Source of the DNA: Candidatus Gottesmanbacteria bacterium
GTDB taxonomy: Bacteria; Patescibacteriota; Microgenomatia; UBA10105; UBA927
Direction of reading: 5' to 3'
Assembly (NCBI GenBank): GCA_963701185.1
Contig: OY969569.1
Coordinates: 447,054-511,053, forward strand
Length of the DNA stretch: 64,000 nt
The notes under the pieces were generated by a model. It did not search any database and had not been told where the DNA came from. It worked only from the letters and a program-made list of their open reading frames with translations. Each line of letters starts with the position of its first letter. Position 1 is the first letter of the stretch. The translations under genes and the position numbers were made by a program. This document shows, piece after piece, positions 1 through 8,827 of this stretch.

Positions 1-282
1 ATACCCGTTGCCTTTCTGCTTTAACCAGAAGTTCACGCTGTTGACCGTCGTGACGCTGACATGAAGTATCGAATGTATCCGTCGCTGATCGTATCCTTTG
101 TCCAATAAGTAGGCAATCGCCATCCGTTTTCCGAGCATGATCTTTTCGGTCGGAGAAAGTAAATCATCAAGCAGCTCCTGAGCTTCCTGATCTGTCCGAA
201 TATGTACCAATGTATGACGGAATAGGGAGAACATGCTCTGTTCTACCGCTTTGGACATTGGGTGCCTCGATATTTGCGCCAT
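1..282 (-). CDS. TrpR-like (YerC/YecD family) HTH regulator, 3'-truncated by window edge
   Basis: Not in ORF track. Manual translation MAQISRHPMSKAVEQSMFSLF...LLDDLLSPTEKIMLGKRMAIAYLL...LHVSVTTVNSVNFWL matches the TrpR/YerC pattern (DLL.P.E...L..R, HTH ending S.TTV). Confidence 0.8.
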   Translation of the reverse strand, partial: MAQISRHPMSKAVEQSMFSLFRHTLVHIRTDQEAQELLDDLLSPTEKIMLGKRMAIAYLLDKGYDQRRIHSILHVSVTTVNSVNFWLKQKGNGY

Positions 283-290
283 ACTTTTTC

Positions 291-318
291 TGTTTTAATG
301 TTTTAAAACATTAAAACA
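291..318. repeat. Perfect 28-bp palindrome TGTTTTAATGTTTTAAAACATTAAAACA, copy 1 (operator position of TrpR-like gene)
   Basis: Self reverse-complementary. Lies between a minus-strand extended -10 (TGcTATTCT, 319-327) and the ATG at 282. Confidence 0.9.
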
Positions 319-431
319 AGAATAGCATAACCCGTGAAAATAACATACCGGTAGAGTATACTTACCTCCGACACCATCGCTGCCGCGTGTCTTACTAAAT
401 AGCCCGTCAGAACGTGATATAATAAGCTTCT

Positions 432-788
432 ATGCCGACAAAAGAACTCGTTGCGCGTTGTACTCAGTGCGACATAATTTTTAAAGGAAATTTAACATGG
501 GAATACGACAAATATCAGGACCCGGTGATCGATTATACAAGCGCTCTCGTACAAAAAATCGGCGAACATCATTGGAAGTTCCGAACAGGAAATGACCATG
601 GTTCCGTTGTCTTATTCGTAAACGAAATAGACGCAAATCAAGAGCCTCTGGAAGTACCTAAAGAAAACACCCAAGAATTAGACCTTTTTCCTTCGGCAAT
701 TGGTACACTCATAGTTGCGCGAACATCTTCTCCAACGGTTTATAACACAATTAGTTATTTTCGAAGAAACGCGCTTGATACGAAATAA
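432..788 (+). CDS. Hypothetical protein (orphan-like, AT-rich)
   Basis: 118-aa ORF preceded by TGATATAAT 8 nt upstream of ATG. No recognisable motif. Confidence 0.55.
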   Translation: MPTKELVARCTQCDIIFKGNLTWEYDKYQDPVIDYTSALVQKIGEHHWKFRTGNDHGSVVLFVNEIDANQEPLEVPKENTQELDLFPSAIGTLIVARTSSPTVYNTISYFRRNALDTK

Positions 789-815
789 TTCTTCCGTTTT
801 TGATACAATACAAAT

Positions 816-1619
816 ATGAAAATCGACGGGAAAGCGCTTGCAGATGCAATTCTTGCTGATCTAACGAGCGAAGTTAAAAAACTTCATATTTTACCTACCC
901 TCGCTGTCATTCTCGTCGGGGATGACCCGGAATCACTTTCTTATATCCGCCAAAAACAAAAAGCCACGGAAAAAATCGGCGGGAGATTTATTTTCGAAAA
1001 ACTTCCCAAAACAACGCTTCAAAAAGAACTCGCGGCACGGGTTGAAATGTATAACAGAGATCCAACTGTTCACGGACTCATTGTCCAGAGACCTCTCCCC
1101 CCGCACTTCGATGTATCGATAAATCGAAGTATCGACCCTAAAAAGGATGTTGACGGATTTGTCAAAAATTCGCCGTTTGACGTGCCCATCTCCATGGCTA
1201 TTTTTACAATTCTGAAAAACATAAATATTTCAATAAAAAATAAAAAGATTGTTATCGTCGGAAGAGGGGAGACGGCAGGAAAACCCATCGCGGCGGCATT
1301 CGAAAAGCAACAATGTGCGACGTCTGTAATTACCAGTAAAACTTCCGTTCCCCAGGAAATCATGAAGACTGCAGACATTATTATCAGTTGTGTCGGGAAA
1401 AAGGGAATTGTGACCAGCGACGCAATAAAACCCGGCGCCATCCTTATTTCCGTGGGTCTTTGGCGCACCGAGGACGGTAAACTGCACGGAGATTACGAGG
1501 AAAATGAAATAAAAGACATAGCCTCATTTTATACGCCGACGCCCGGCGGCGTGGGGCCATTGAACATCGCCTCCCTCATGCAAAATCTCGTCCTGGCGGC
1601 CCAAAAAATGACACATTGA
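816..1619 (+). CDS. folD: Bifunctional methylene-THF dehydrogenase/cyclohydrolase
   Basis: IDGKALA start, LAVILVG, KDVDG, VGRG..AGKP, TPGGVGP motifs. Confidence 0.95.
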   Translation: MKIDGKALADAILADLTSEVKKLHILPTLAVILVGDDPESLSYIRQKQKATEKIGGRFIFEKLPKTTLQKELAARVEMYNRDPTVHGLIVQRPLPPHFDVSINRSIDPKKDVDGFVKNSPFDVPISMAIFTILKNINISIKNKKIVIVGRGETAGKPIAAAFEKQQCATSVITSKTSVPQEIMKTADIIISCVGKKGIVTSDAIKPGAILISVGLWRTEDGKLHGDYEENEIKDIASFYTPTPGGVGPLNIASLMQNLVLAAQKMTH

Positions 1620-1650
1620 CAGACAATTTTCCCGTCGATAATATGCATGT

Positions 1651-1917
1651 ATGAGAAAGTCAACCCATTATTTTTACGACCAAACGGACGTTAGGAATAT
1701 CATAAGAGATGAACTGGAAAAAGCAAAACCAGGATGGGTAGAAGACATCACAGATGCAGTAACTAAAATTGTCGGTGGAAAATTCGACAAAGTGATGACC
1801 GTTTTAGACAAATTCGTTGGAGAAATCAAAGCATACAGAGAAGAACAAGTCCTTCATCAACTTCAGCACGATAGAATAGAAAAACGTATCAAAAGATTTG
1901 AACACCCGGTTTTATGA
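1651..1917 (+). CDS. Small hypothetical coiled-coil protein
   Basis: 88-aa ORF behind a TTGACA...GATAAT promoter. Ends HDRIEKRIKRFE and overlaps next gene by ATGA. Confidence 0.6.
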   Translation: MRKSTHYFYDQTDVRNIIRDELEKAKPGWVEDITDAVTKIVGGKFDKVMTVLDKFVGEIKAYREEQVLHQLQHDRIEKRIKRFEHPVL

Positions 1918-2645
1918 AACAATTTGCCGGAGCGATCATTATATTTTTTCTTGCACTCTTTGCCTATACGCGCCTTGCCGGTCCCATCCCGTTTAGCGTA
2001 AACCAGATCACGACAACAAAAACCGATACGTTTACCGTCACCGGTGAGGGGAAAGTAAGCGTTCCGCCGGATATTGCCGTCGTTTCGGCAGGCGTACAGA
2101 CGCAAGCCGCAACGGTGAAACTGGCACAGGACCAGCTCAATGCCGCAATCAATGCAGTGAGCGCTGCAGTGAAAAAGGCGGGGGTCCAAGATAAAGATAT
2201 TAAGACAACCGGCTACACCATCAACCCGATGTACGATTACAGCACCCGAACCCCGCGGATTACCGGGTATCAGGCTTCGTCAAATCTTACCATCAAAGTC
2301 CGCGCAATAGATACTGCCAATGCCGTTATCGATGCGGCGACTGCAGCCGGCGCCAACCAGGTCGGCGGCATCTCGTTTGACGTGGATGACAAGACCAAGG
2401 CTCAAAATGAAGCACGTGCTATGGCCGTGGCGGACGCCAAAACCAAAGCAACCGCCGCCGCAAAAATTGCCGGATTTTCACTCGGAAAAGTCATCAACTA
2501 CAGCGAGGATTTTGGCGGCGCCCCACGCCCGATTCCGATGCTTGCCAAGGCCGATGTGGGACTGGGCGCGGGCGCTCCGACACAGATCGAAACCGGATCA
2601 AACGAGATCACAGTAACGGTTTCGCTCTCCTACCAAATCCAATAA
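1914..2645 (+). CDS. SIMPL (DUF541/BP26) domain protein
   Basis: N-terminal signal/TM, VTGEGKVSVPPD, I.P.YDY, GANQVGGISF, A.ADAK.KA. Confidence 0.9.
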   Translation: MKQFAGAIIIFFLALFAYTRLAGPIPFSVNQITTTKTDTFTVTGEGKVSVPPDIAVVSAGVQTQAATVKLAQDQLNAAINAVSAAVKKAGVQDKDIKTTGYTINPMYDYSTRTPRITGYQASSNLTIKVRAIDTANAVIDAATAAGANQVGGISFDVDDKTKAQNEARAMAVADAKTKATAAAKIAGFSLGKVINYSEDFGGAPRPIPMLAKADVGLGAGAPTQIETGSNEITVTVSLSYQIQ

Positions 2646-2695
2646 CTTATAGGTCTTGCCCCGCACCTCCTGCGGGGGTAGAATAGAGCTCCCCT

Positions 2696-3301
2696 ATGGG
2701 CAGAACTCACGTAACACCAATTCAACAACCCGACGATACTACCTGCGGACCTACCGCTCTCAAGCATGCGCTCGCGATGTTCGGCAAACGGAAGTCATTG
2801 GACTATCTTATGGAACTCTGCGGCACGAATAGAAACGGCACCAGCACAAAAAACATGGTCCGCGCCGCCAATAAACTCGGGTTTTCCGTTCTGGTCGTTG
2901 AGTACGCAACGCTCCATCACCTGCAAAGCGCACTCAAATACAATCCCACGCAGCTGCGCGCGGTCCTCGTGTCGTATCTCTATGACCTGGACGAAAAAGA
3001 CCGGCCGCATGCCGATTCGGGACACTGGGCCGCCGTCTCGTCCTACTCTGCCTCCAAAAGCAGGATTGTCCTGTTTGACAGCTCTTCTGCGCAAAAAAAA
3101 TCGTACGATTGGGCGGACTTCCGCAGCCGCTGGATGGATTTTGATTTAAAACGGCGGAAGTACGGCCGCAGGAAAAAACATTTCCGGCTTATCAGAAAAT
3201 GGCAGCAGCAATTGTTATTTGTCATGGCCCGGGATCCGTCGCATCTTCCCAAATTCACGATCGGGACAAGTCACATCTTTACACCCGAGCAAACGGTTTA
3301 A
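2696..3301 (+). CDS. C39-like cysteine peptidase
   Basis: Q....TCGPTAL (catalytic Cys), NGTS, GHW and LFDS (His/Asp). Confidence 0.75.
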   Translation: MGRTHVTPIQQPDDTTCGPTALKHALAMFGKRKSLDYLMELCGTNRNGTSTKNMVRAANKLGFSVLVVEYATLHHLQSALKYNPTQLRAVLVSYLYDLDEKDRPHADSGHWAAVSSYSASKSRIVLFDSSSAQKKSYDWADFRSRWMDFDLKRRKYGRRKKHFRLIRKWQQQLLFVMARDPSHLPKFTIGTSHIFTPEQTV

Positions 3302-4283
3302 CAAAACGGTGCAGGGAGGATTCGACAATTTTCCACACGAAATCGGCGAATGTCATCCCTGCCGCTTTATAGGAAACCGTCATCCCGTATTCATCGGAAT
3401 CGGACAAACCGGGGTTACTGTTTGCTTCTAAAATATATATGGCGTCGCCGACCGAACGGATATCAAGACGCGCATAATCGCGGAATCCCAACTCTTTAAA
3501 CGTTTTTTTGGCAACCGATGTGATTTTTGCTGCGAAATCTACGGGCAGCGCGGGAAGTCCCACGCGGGATGATGCATAATCCAATGTCGCTTCCTCCCAC
3601 CGGCTTTCGTAGGTCAACAGCGATTCGGGGCCATACGAATCAAAAATAATTTCCGCCGGCGGCAATATTTTCACCCCGTGCGGTGTTTCAAGGACCGTCA
3701 CCTGAAACTCCCGCCCGGAAATAAACTCCTCTGCGATGACGGGTTCACCGAACGATCCGATGCGCTCACGTACGCGCCCCGCCAATTCCTGCCGGCTTCC
3801 CACGACAGCGTCATGAGTGAGTCCGATACTGCAATGTTCAAATGCCAGTTTGACGATGACAGGATACCGGAAATCATCACGGATGGTTTCCGTCCCGTTT
3901 TCAAATACCTGCCAGCGGGCGGTCGGAAGATGATACGCATCCAGCGCTTTTTTCATCAAAATCTTGTCGGACGTCGTCAGGTAATTTTCACGCGTGGCCC
4001 CCGTGAAGGGAATACCTGTATGTTCAATTGCCGTAAACGCACCATCGGAGAGCGGCAGGTCCAGCCCCGTCCAGTCAATGAGATTGACGATGCAGTCGGC
4101 ACGGATCTTCGCAATGGAGGGAAGGGAATCTTCATCTATCGGAACAAGGGTCGGATGCGCACCTTTTTCCTTCAAGGCCGCACATACCTCTTCCGCCGAA
4201 TCCACAGTGTCCTGTTCCGTGTCGGCGAATTTACCCGCAAGGGCCCGTTTGGTCGGCAGACTATAGACAACGGCAATATGCAT
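3279..4283 (-). CDS. D-Ala-D-Ala ligase-like ATP-grasp protein
   Basis: GIPFTG, DK..MK, PVIVK...EH.SIG, EEFISGREF, RDYARLD, LEANSNPGL. Confidence 0.85.
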   Translation of the reverse strand: MHIAVVYSLPTKRALAGKFADTEQDTVDSAEEVCAALKEKGAHPTLVPIDEDSLPSIAKIRADCIVNLIDWTGLDLPLSDGAFTAIEHTGIPFTGATRENYLTTSDKILMKKALDAYHLPTARWQVFENGTETIRDDFRYPVIVKLAFEHCSIGLTHDAVVGSRQELAGRVRERIGSFGEPVIAEEFISGREFQVTVLETPHGVKILPPAEIIFDSYGPESLLTYESRWEEATLDYASSRVGLPALPVDFAAKITSVAKKTFKELGFRDYARLDIRSVGDAIYILEANSNPGLSDSDEYGMTVSYKAAGMTFADFVWKIVESSLHRFVKPFARV

Positions 4284-4296
4284 AATTGATTTCTTC

Positions 4297-4324
4297 TGTT
4301 TTAATGTTTTAAAACATTAAAACA
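4297..4324. repeat. 28-bp palindrome, copy 2
   Basis: Identical to 291-318. Between the xerD-like stop and the ATP-grasp start. Confidence 0.9.
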
Positions 4325-4345
4325 TTCTTTGGATAAAATAGGCCA

Positions 4346-5242
4346 TTATTTTCTGTGAAATTTAGCATGGATTTCTTTGAGTTGCGGATTGGTAATATGG
4401 GTGTAAATTTGCGTTGTGGAAACGTTTTTGTGCCCAAGCATTTCCTGGATTGCCCGCAGGTCCGCGCCTCCGGTCAAGAGATCCGTTGCAAAACTATGCC
4501 GCAGGCCATGCGGCGTGATTTTTACCGGCAAATGCGCCTGCTTCACATATTTTTCCACCAGCCGCTGGACGCTCCGAGGGGTCAAACGCTGCGGGGCATC
4601 CTTTTTCCCTGCCGTGCGTGTAAACAAGGCTGTGTCGGTGTCACTTCGGCCCGCAAGATATTTTTGTACCCATCCGGCGGCCGCATCGGATAAAAACACA
4701 ACGCGCGCCCGTCGGCCTTTTCCGATCACGCCGAATTCACGGCGGTCAAAATTGATCTGGTCGCGGTTTAATTTGGTGAGCTCCGACACCCGAAGACCGG
4801 TAGAAAATAAAACTTCCATAATCGCTTTGTCCCGGAGATTCCCGGGTATTTTCAACAGCCGCTCGACCTGTTCGCGTTCCAAAAATTTTATCGAACGGGA
4901 TTCTGCCTTCGGTAAATCAATTTTCTCCGGAGCAACAACGGCAATATCCCGTTTCAGGCAATATTTTAAAAACGATCGCAGTGCAATCAGATGATAATTT
5001 TGCGTGACGCGCTTTAACGTTAAGTTATTTTTATCAGTAAATCGCGATAAATATAACCTGTACTGCCGGATGGAATCTGCGGAAATAGCCGTAGTCGTCA
5101 GTGGCCGGGTAGGGGATTGGGACGCCAAAAAGTCGACAAACCGGTGCAAATAATGCGCATAGTTTCGGATGGTTAATTGCGAAACATTCCGTTCAATTTC
5201 AAGATATTCCAGAAAATCTTTTACTAATTTTTCCAAATCCAT
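4346..5242 (-). CDS. xerD: XerC/XerD-family tyrosine recombinase
   Basis: N-terminal SAM-like domain, STGLRVSEL, GKG.R.R, TPHGLRHSFATDLL, LGH...STTQIYTH. Start set at MDLEKL. Confidence 0.85.
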   Translation of the reverse strand: MDLEKLVKDFLEYLEIERNVSQLTIRNYAHYLHRFVDFLASQSPTRPLTTTAISADSIRQYRLYLSRFTDKNNLTLKRVTQNYHLIALRSFLKYCLKRDIAVVAPEKIDLPKAESRSIKFLEREQVERLLKIPGNLRDKAIMEVLFSTGLRVSELTKLNRDQINFDRREFGVIGKGRRARVVFLSDAAAGWVQKYLAGRSDTDTALFTRTAGKKDAPQRLTPRSVQRLVEKYVKQAHLPVKITPHGLRHSFATDLLTGGADLRAIQEMLGHKNVSTTQIYTHITNPQLKEIHAKFHRK

Positions 5243-5301
5243 ACCTATACCCAGATTGTACGACATCGCAACAAATGTCAATAGTCTGATATACTTATCC
5301 C

Positions 5302-6180
5302 ATGAAACTCGGTATCAAGATTGCCCCAGGAAACGCGTGGCAACGCGACATTGAGGCTACTCACCCCGCAATGGTCGAAATCTGGTATAACGCAGGCCGT
5401 CCGGATGATTACAACGAGATGTTTTCCTATCTGGCAGACAAAAATATTGATGTGGGGCTCCATTTCTGGGGACAGGATGAAAACGGTATGCTGGCCGCAA
5501 CGAGTTCACCGCTGATGCGGCGCACAATTGATATTGCGGCCCGTCATACGTGCGTGTACGTTAATATTCATCCGGATTTGTATGCGCATCTTGCCGTGAA
5601 CCTTGAGACATTACGGATCCGCGTTGCAGCTCCGGAAGAAGATCACAACAAGGTAAATGAACGGTTTTTGAGGAACGTTGAGAGCCTGCGTGCCTATGCG
5701 GATACAAAACATGTTGTTTTGACCGTCGAGACGGTCCCGATGCGCGATACGCCAAACTGGAAACCACACCGCGACCGGACACGCGTTATCGATACTCACC
5801 AGATGCCTATGGACATTCTCGTTGATCTTTCGCGCCGCGGTGTTTCAATCGCCAATGATTTCAGCCACACCGCCTGTAACAGGATTTCGGAAAATCCTAA
5901 CGCCATTTGGAAGTATTTGTTCAAAACGACTAAGGATTTGGCACCGGCCACCCGGCTTATCCATTTGGGATTTATCGTCCCGCCGTACAACGGCGTTGAT
6001 TTCCATGACTGCCTGGACAATCCGGTTTTGGATACACCGGATGCAATTCCAAACAGAAATCAGATGGTCGAACTCCTGAAGCTTTTCAAAAACCGGGACG
6101 ACGTGTGGATACTGGTGGAACCCAAAGAAAACCACGTCAAAAACTATACTTTAGCTCAAAAAATCATAGCCTCGAGTTAG
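5302..6180 (+). CDS. Xylose-isomerase/AP-endonuclease-2-like TIM-barrel protein
   Basis: VEIW, GLH, NIHP, LTVET, NDFSH, IHLG, DFHD, LVE metal-ligand pattern. Confidence 0.6.
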   Translation: MKLGIKIAPGNAWQRDIEATHPAMVEIWYNAGRPDDYNEMFSYLADKNIDVGLHFWGQDENGMLAATSSPLMRRTIDIAARHTCVYVNIHPDLYAHLAVNLETLRIRVAAPEEDHNKVNERFLRNVESLRAYADTKHVVLTVETVPMRDTPNWKPHRDRTRVIDTHQMPMDILVDLSRRGVSIANDFSHTACNRISENPNAIWKYLFKTTKDLAPATRLIHLGFIVPPYNGVDFHDCLDNPVLDTPDAIPNRNQMVELLKLFKNRDDVWILVEPKENHVKNYTLAQKIIASS

Positions 6181-6940
6181 CCTCAGCTACAAGCCCCTGT
6201 ATTGCCCTAGGACGGCCGGGGTTACCCGGGCATGCCCAGTTAGTCGTCCATATCTGCAGCCCGTCAGACAGTTTGGATTATTACGACGCGAAAAGAGAGA
6301 ATCATAAGCTCTACGGAACGATAGATGGATCATGAATAATAAATCATGAATACTAAAACGGAAAGCACAAGGTAAACAGCTTGCTCACGGATATACCCGT
6401 GCTGGACGTCGCAAAAGTATTATTGTGCGACTACATAGGTGAAGATTCCCTACAGGCGGCAACCGACCAAAACACTCCGGGGCAATTCCGCCAAAAGGCA
6501 TATCCTCAAGGGGGCATAAGCAGCCTCAAAAACCCCTCCCTCGGGGGTTGACGGCAACCAGTCTCTTGTTATCGTTTGTACGAATATACAGCCACAAACA
6601 CACAATATCCATCGGCAGCACCCTTATCCTCTGCGGACCCCGGTTGCCTCACAGATAGCGCATTAATATGCTCCAAATAAACACTTTTGAAGCTAAGGAT
6701 ATACGATTCCGAAGATTCTATCAGATCGGGAAACGTCGCAATTTAGCGCCATATAACACTCCAAAGTGCTAATATTAGCTTCGCGTAAGCACTCCCTGCC
6801 TGCGAGCAGTAATAAAAAGGGCTTTCGGGTTTTTTTAGCACCTCCTAATGCTCCAAACTCGAGGTTTCGAGGCGAGATTCCGGCTTTTTAGCCGGAAGCG
6901 CTATCGGGGATTTAGAGGGTCCTAACAATCCAAACGACCA
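6170..6940 (-). ncRNA. Candidate large structured non-coding RNA (unassigned family)
   Basis: ORF-poor tract with many hairpins and long-range helices. Several imperfect pairs are G-U on the minus strand but A-C on the plus strand. Confidence 0.55.
6654..6934 (-). repeat. Array of four 24-bp quasi-palindromic repeats (minus-strand consensus TTTGGAGYRT-N7-YGCTAAA)
   Basis: Copies at 6654-6677, 6742-6765, 6834-6857 and 6911-6934 align without gaps. Spacers 64, 68 and 53 nt. Confidence 0.7.
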
Positions 6941-6973
6941 AAAATACGCACACATTGTGTACTCAAAGAAGCG

Positions 6974-7095
6974 AGTGCGCCCTCCTTCGTCCCGATCCGA
7001 TCGGGATTACGGCGGGCACTGTGAAATGAAGCTATGGTATTCCGTGAAAAGAATTATCCACCACTACGTCCCGATCGAATCGGGACTTCGCGGTG
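6974..7095. repeat. Pair of REP-like hairpins with core TCCCGAT-N3-ATCGGGA
   Basis: Cores at 6990-7006 and 7069-7085 with extended imperfect stems. Third core at 26711-26727. Confidence 0.75.
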
Positions 7096-7159
7096 CAGGC
7101 ACAAATTATAGGCCTATAAGTATTAACTGTATCAAACTATACTACCCCACTTCCCCGCC

Positions 7160-8005
7160 TTACCGGCCCCCCCGCCAGGAAGTTGCAATGAACGTAATAA
7201 TAAAAACAATTGCGGCAACGGCAAAAAATTCAATCAGGGTTTTTTTATACAGCTTTTCAACCAGATACTGCTGGGCAGCACCGACACTGCTGTAGAACGC
7301 GGTCGTGAAAAGAAGGGCCAACAGCGTTGTTTTCGTCGGCAAAAAGGAAAATATCCATACAAGCTGGGTTAAAAACACGGCAATGGCAATACTCATGTGC
7401 CACACTCGCCTCCCCAATGTTTCCGAGAGCTCCATAGACCAGACTGATTGCAGTGCAAGAATGAAACTGATTGGTCCGATGATCGCCATCGCGACCGGCG
7501 CAATAAAGCGGAATGCCAATACCGTCTGTACCAGTAAAAAATACGTGAGAAGCGTCAATAAGAAACCGACGGAATGTGCGGCCCGAAGGAGGGCGATGGT
7601 CCGGTCTGCGGCAACCGTATAGATATTTTCAGTCAAAAGAAGAGCATACATGCCGATACCGTACAAAAGCGCAACAGGCAAGCGGGTCAGCCAGCGCACA
7701 GGCAGCAAAAAATAAAAGAGCGCAACGGCTGTCGTAAATAACGTCGGCAACGTGAGAATCGTGAGCCATTCCATACCCCGTATTTCTTTCCGGAACACCA
7801 ATGCGGATAACCCGGCGGCCGCTATGGATAATAAAAAGACCAATGGATACCGCGATTCTCCTGTTACCAGTTGGATGAGCAGTAATCCGACGGTAAGGGC
7901 GCCGGTTGCACCGACAAATTGCTGGCGCTTGGTCAGTGAAAAATGCCGCTCCCGACGGACAAACCATCTCTTCACCGCTTCATTCATTTTTGTCGTCATA
8001 TTCAC
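7160..8005 (-). CDS. Multi-pass membrane protein of unknown function
   Basis: 281 aa, about 9 hydrophobic segments, directly downstream of yebC. Confidence 0.8.
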   Translation of the reverse strand: MNMTTKMNEAVKRWFVRRERHFSLTKRQQFVGATGALTVGLLLIQLVTGESRYPLVFLLSIAAAGLSALVFRKEIRGMEWLTILTLPTLFTTAVALFYFLLPVRWLTRLPVALLYGIGMYALLLTENIYTVAADRTIALLRAAHSVGFLLTLLTYFLLVQTVLAFRFIAPVAMAIIGPISFILALQSVWSMELSETLGRRVWHMSIAIAVFLTQLVWIFSFLPTKTTLLALLFTTAFYSSVGAAQQYLVEKLYKKTLIEFFAVAAIVFIITFIATSWRGGR

Positions 8006-8006
8006 T

Positions 8007-8726
8007 TTACGTAAGATTCATGTACACCGTTTGCACGTCGTCTAATCCCTCAAGCATACCGGCGAGCTCATCAATTTTAGCACGTACGGCCTCATCCCCT
8101 TCCATGGGCGTCCTGGCATGCATAATGCGTGCCGTATTCTCAATGGGAATATGTGCCGCGGTAAGCGCCTGTTTGACACGCTGCAGCGCATTTTCTTTGG
8201 TATATATTTCGAAAAGATCCGCAGCCTCGACAACATCATCTGCTCCGGCATCGATGGCGGCCGTCAATAATGCATCGAGCGTTATCCCCTGTTTCGGTAC
8301 GGTAAGCACGCCGCGTCTGGTAAATTGAAAGCTCACTGCCCCCGGAGAGGCAAGAGTACCGCCGGCGCGTTCCAAAACATTTTTTATCTGCGAAACCGTC
8401 CTTTGTCGGTTATCCGTCGCCGCTTCAACGAGAATTGCCACGCCTCCGGGTCCGTATCCTTCATAGAGAACTTGTTCAATTGCCGCCGCTCCCTCCCCTG
8501 ATGCTTTTGCAATTGCCCGCTCAATATTTTCCTTGGGCATGTTCACGTCCCGCGCTTTCTCAATTGCGAGGCGCAGATGAAAATTGGAATTCGGATCCGT
8601 AATCCCGCCGCCCTCAGCGACCGCAACCGTAATTGCCCGTGACGCTTTCGTGAACGCAAAACTTTTCACCACGTCGGTCGTGGCTTTTTGATGTTTCACT
8701 TTTGACCACTTGGAATGACCGCTCAT
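8007..8726 (-). CDS. yebC: YebC/PmpR family protein
   Basis: MSGHSKW start, NMPKENIERAI, YEGYGPGG, TDN.QRT. Confidence 0.95.
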   Translation of the reverse strand: MSGHSKWSKVKHQKATTDVVKSFAFTKASRAITVAVAEGGGITDPNSNFHLRLAIEKARDVNMPKENIERAIAKASGEGAAAIEQVLYEGYGPGGVAILVEAATDNRQRTVSQIKNVLERAGGTLASPGAVSFQFTRRGVLTVPKQGITLDALLTAAIDAGADDVVEAADLFEIYTKENALQRVKQALTAAHIPIENTARIMHARTPMEGDEAVRAKIDELAGMLEGLDDVQTVYMNLT

Positions 8727-8827
8727 ATAAAGAAATCTCAAATCAAAAAACCCAATATAATTCTTTTTCCTTGTTGTATTCTATCTGCTCCCTTGACTTT
8801 TCTCAAGAAATCGATACACTGCCCGTT

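Noticed and set aside
349-365. Imperfect palindrome GGTAGAGTATACTTACC
   Set aside because: Single copy, short, with no supporting context.
4297-4324. Canonical dif site
   Set aside because: Length fits, but the arms do not resemble TTATGTTAAAT, the spacer is symmetric, and four copies exist. Kept only as a hypothesis.
4346-5242. Prophage or integron integrase
   Set aside because: Size and motifs are XerC/D-like. No phage genes or attC sites nearby.
6760-6845. CIRCE (HrcA) operator
   Set aside because: Half-site-like words (AGTGCTAA, TTAGCAC) are present but not in the TTAGCACTC-N9-GAGTGCTAA arrangement, and no chaperone gene is adjacent.
6654-6934. CRISPR array
   Set aside because: Repeats are degenerate with variable cores, spacers are long and uneven, and no cas genes were seen.
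6170-6940. tmRNA, tRNA, group I intron or canonical RNase P RNA call
   Set aside because: No T-arm/CCA end. GGGCTTGTAGCTGAGG (minus, ~6181-6196) mimics a tRNA 5' end but has no cloverleaf. GACUA/UAGUC occur in the wrong order for group I P7, and GAGGAAAGUCC is absent. Left unassigned.
6180-7160. oriC
   Set aside because: Only one near-DnaA box (TTATCCACC, 7054), no AT-rich unwinding element and no dnaA nearby.
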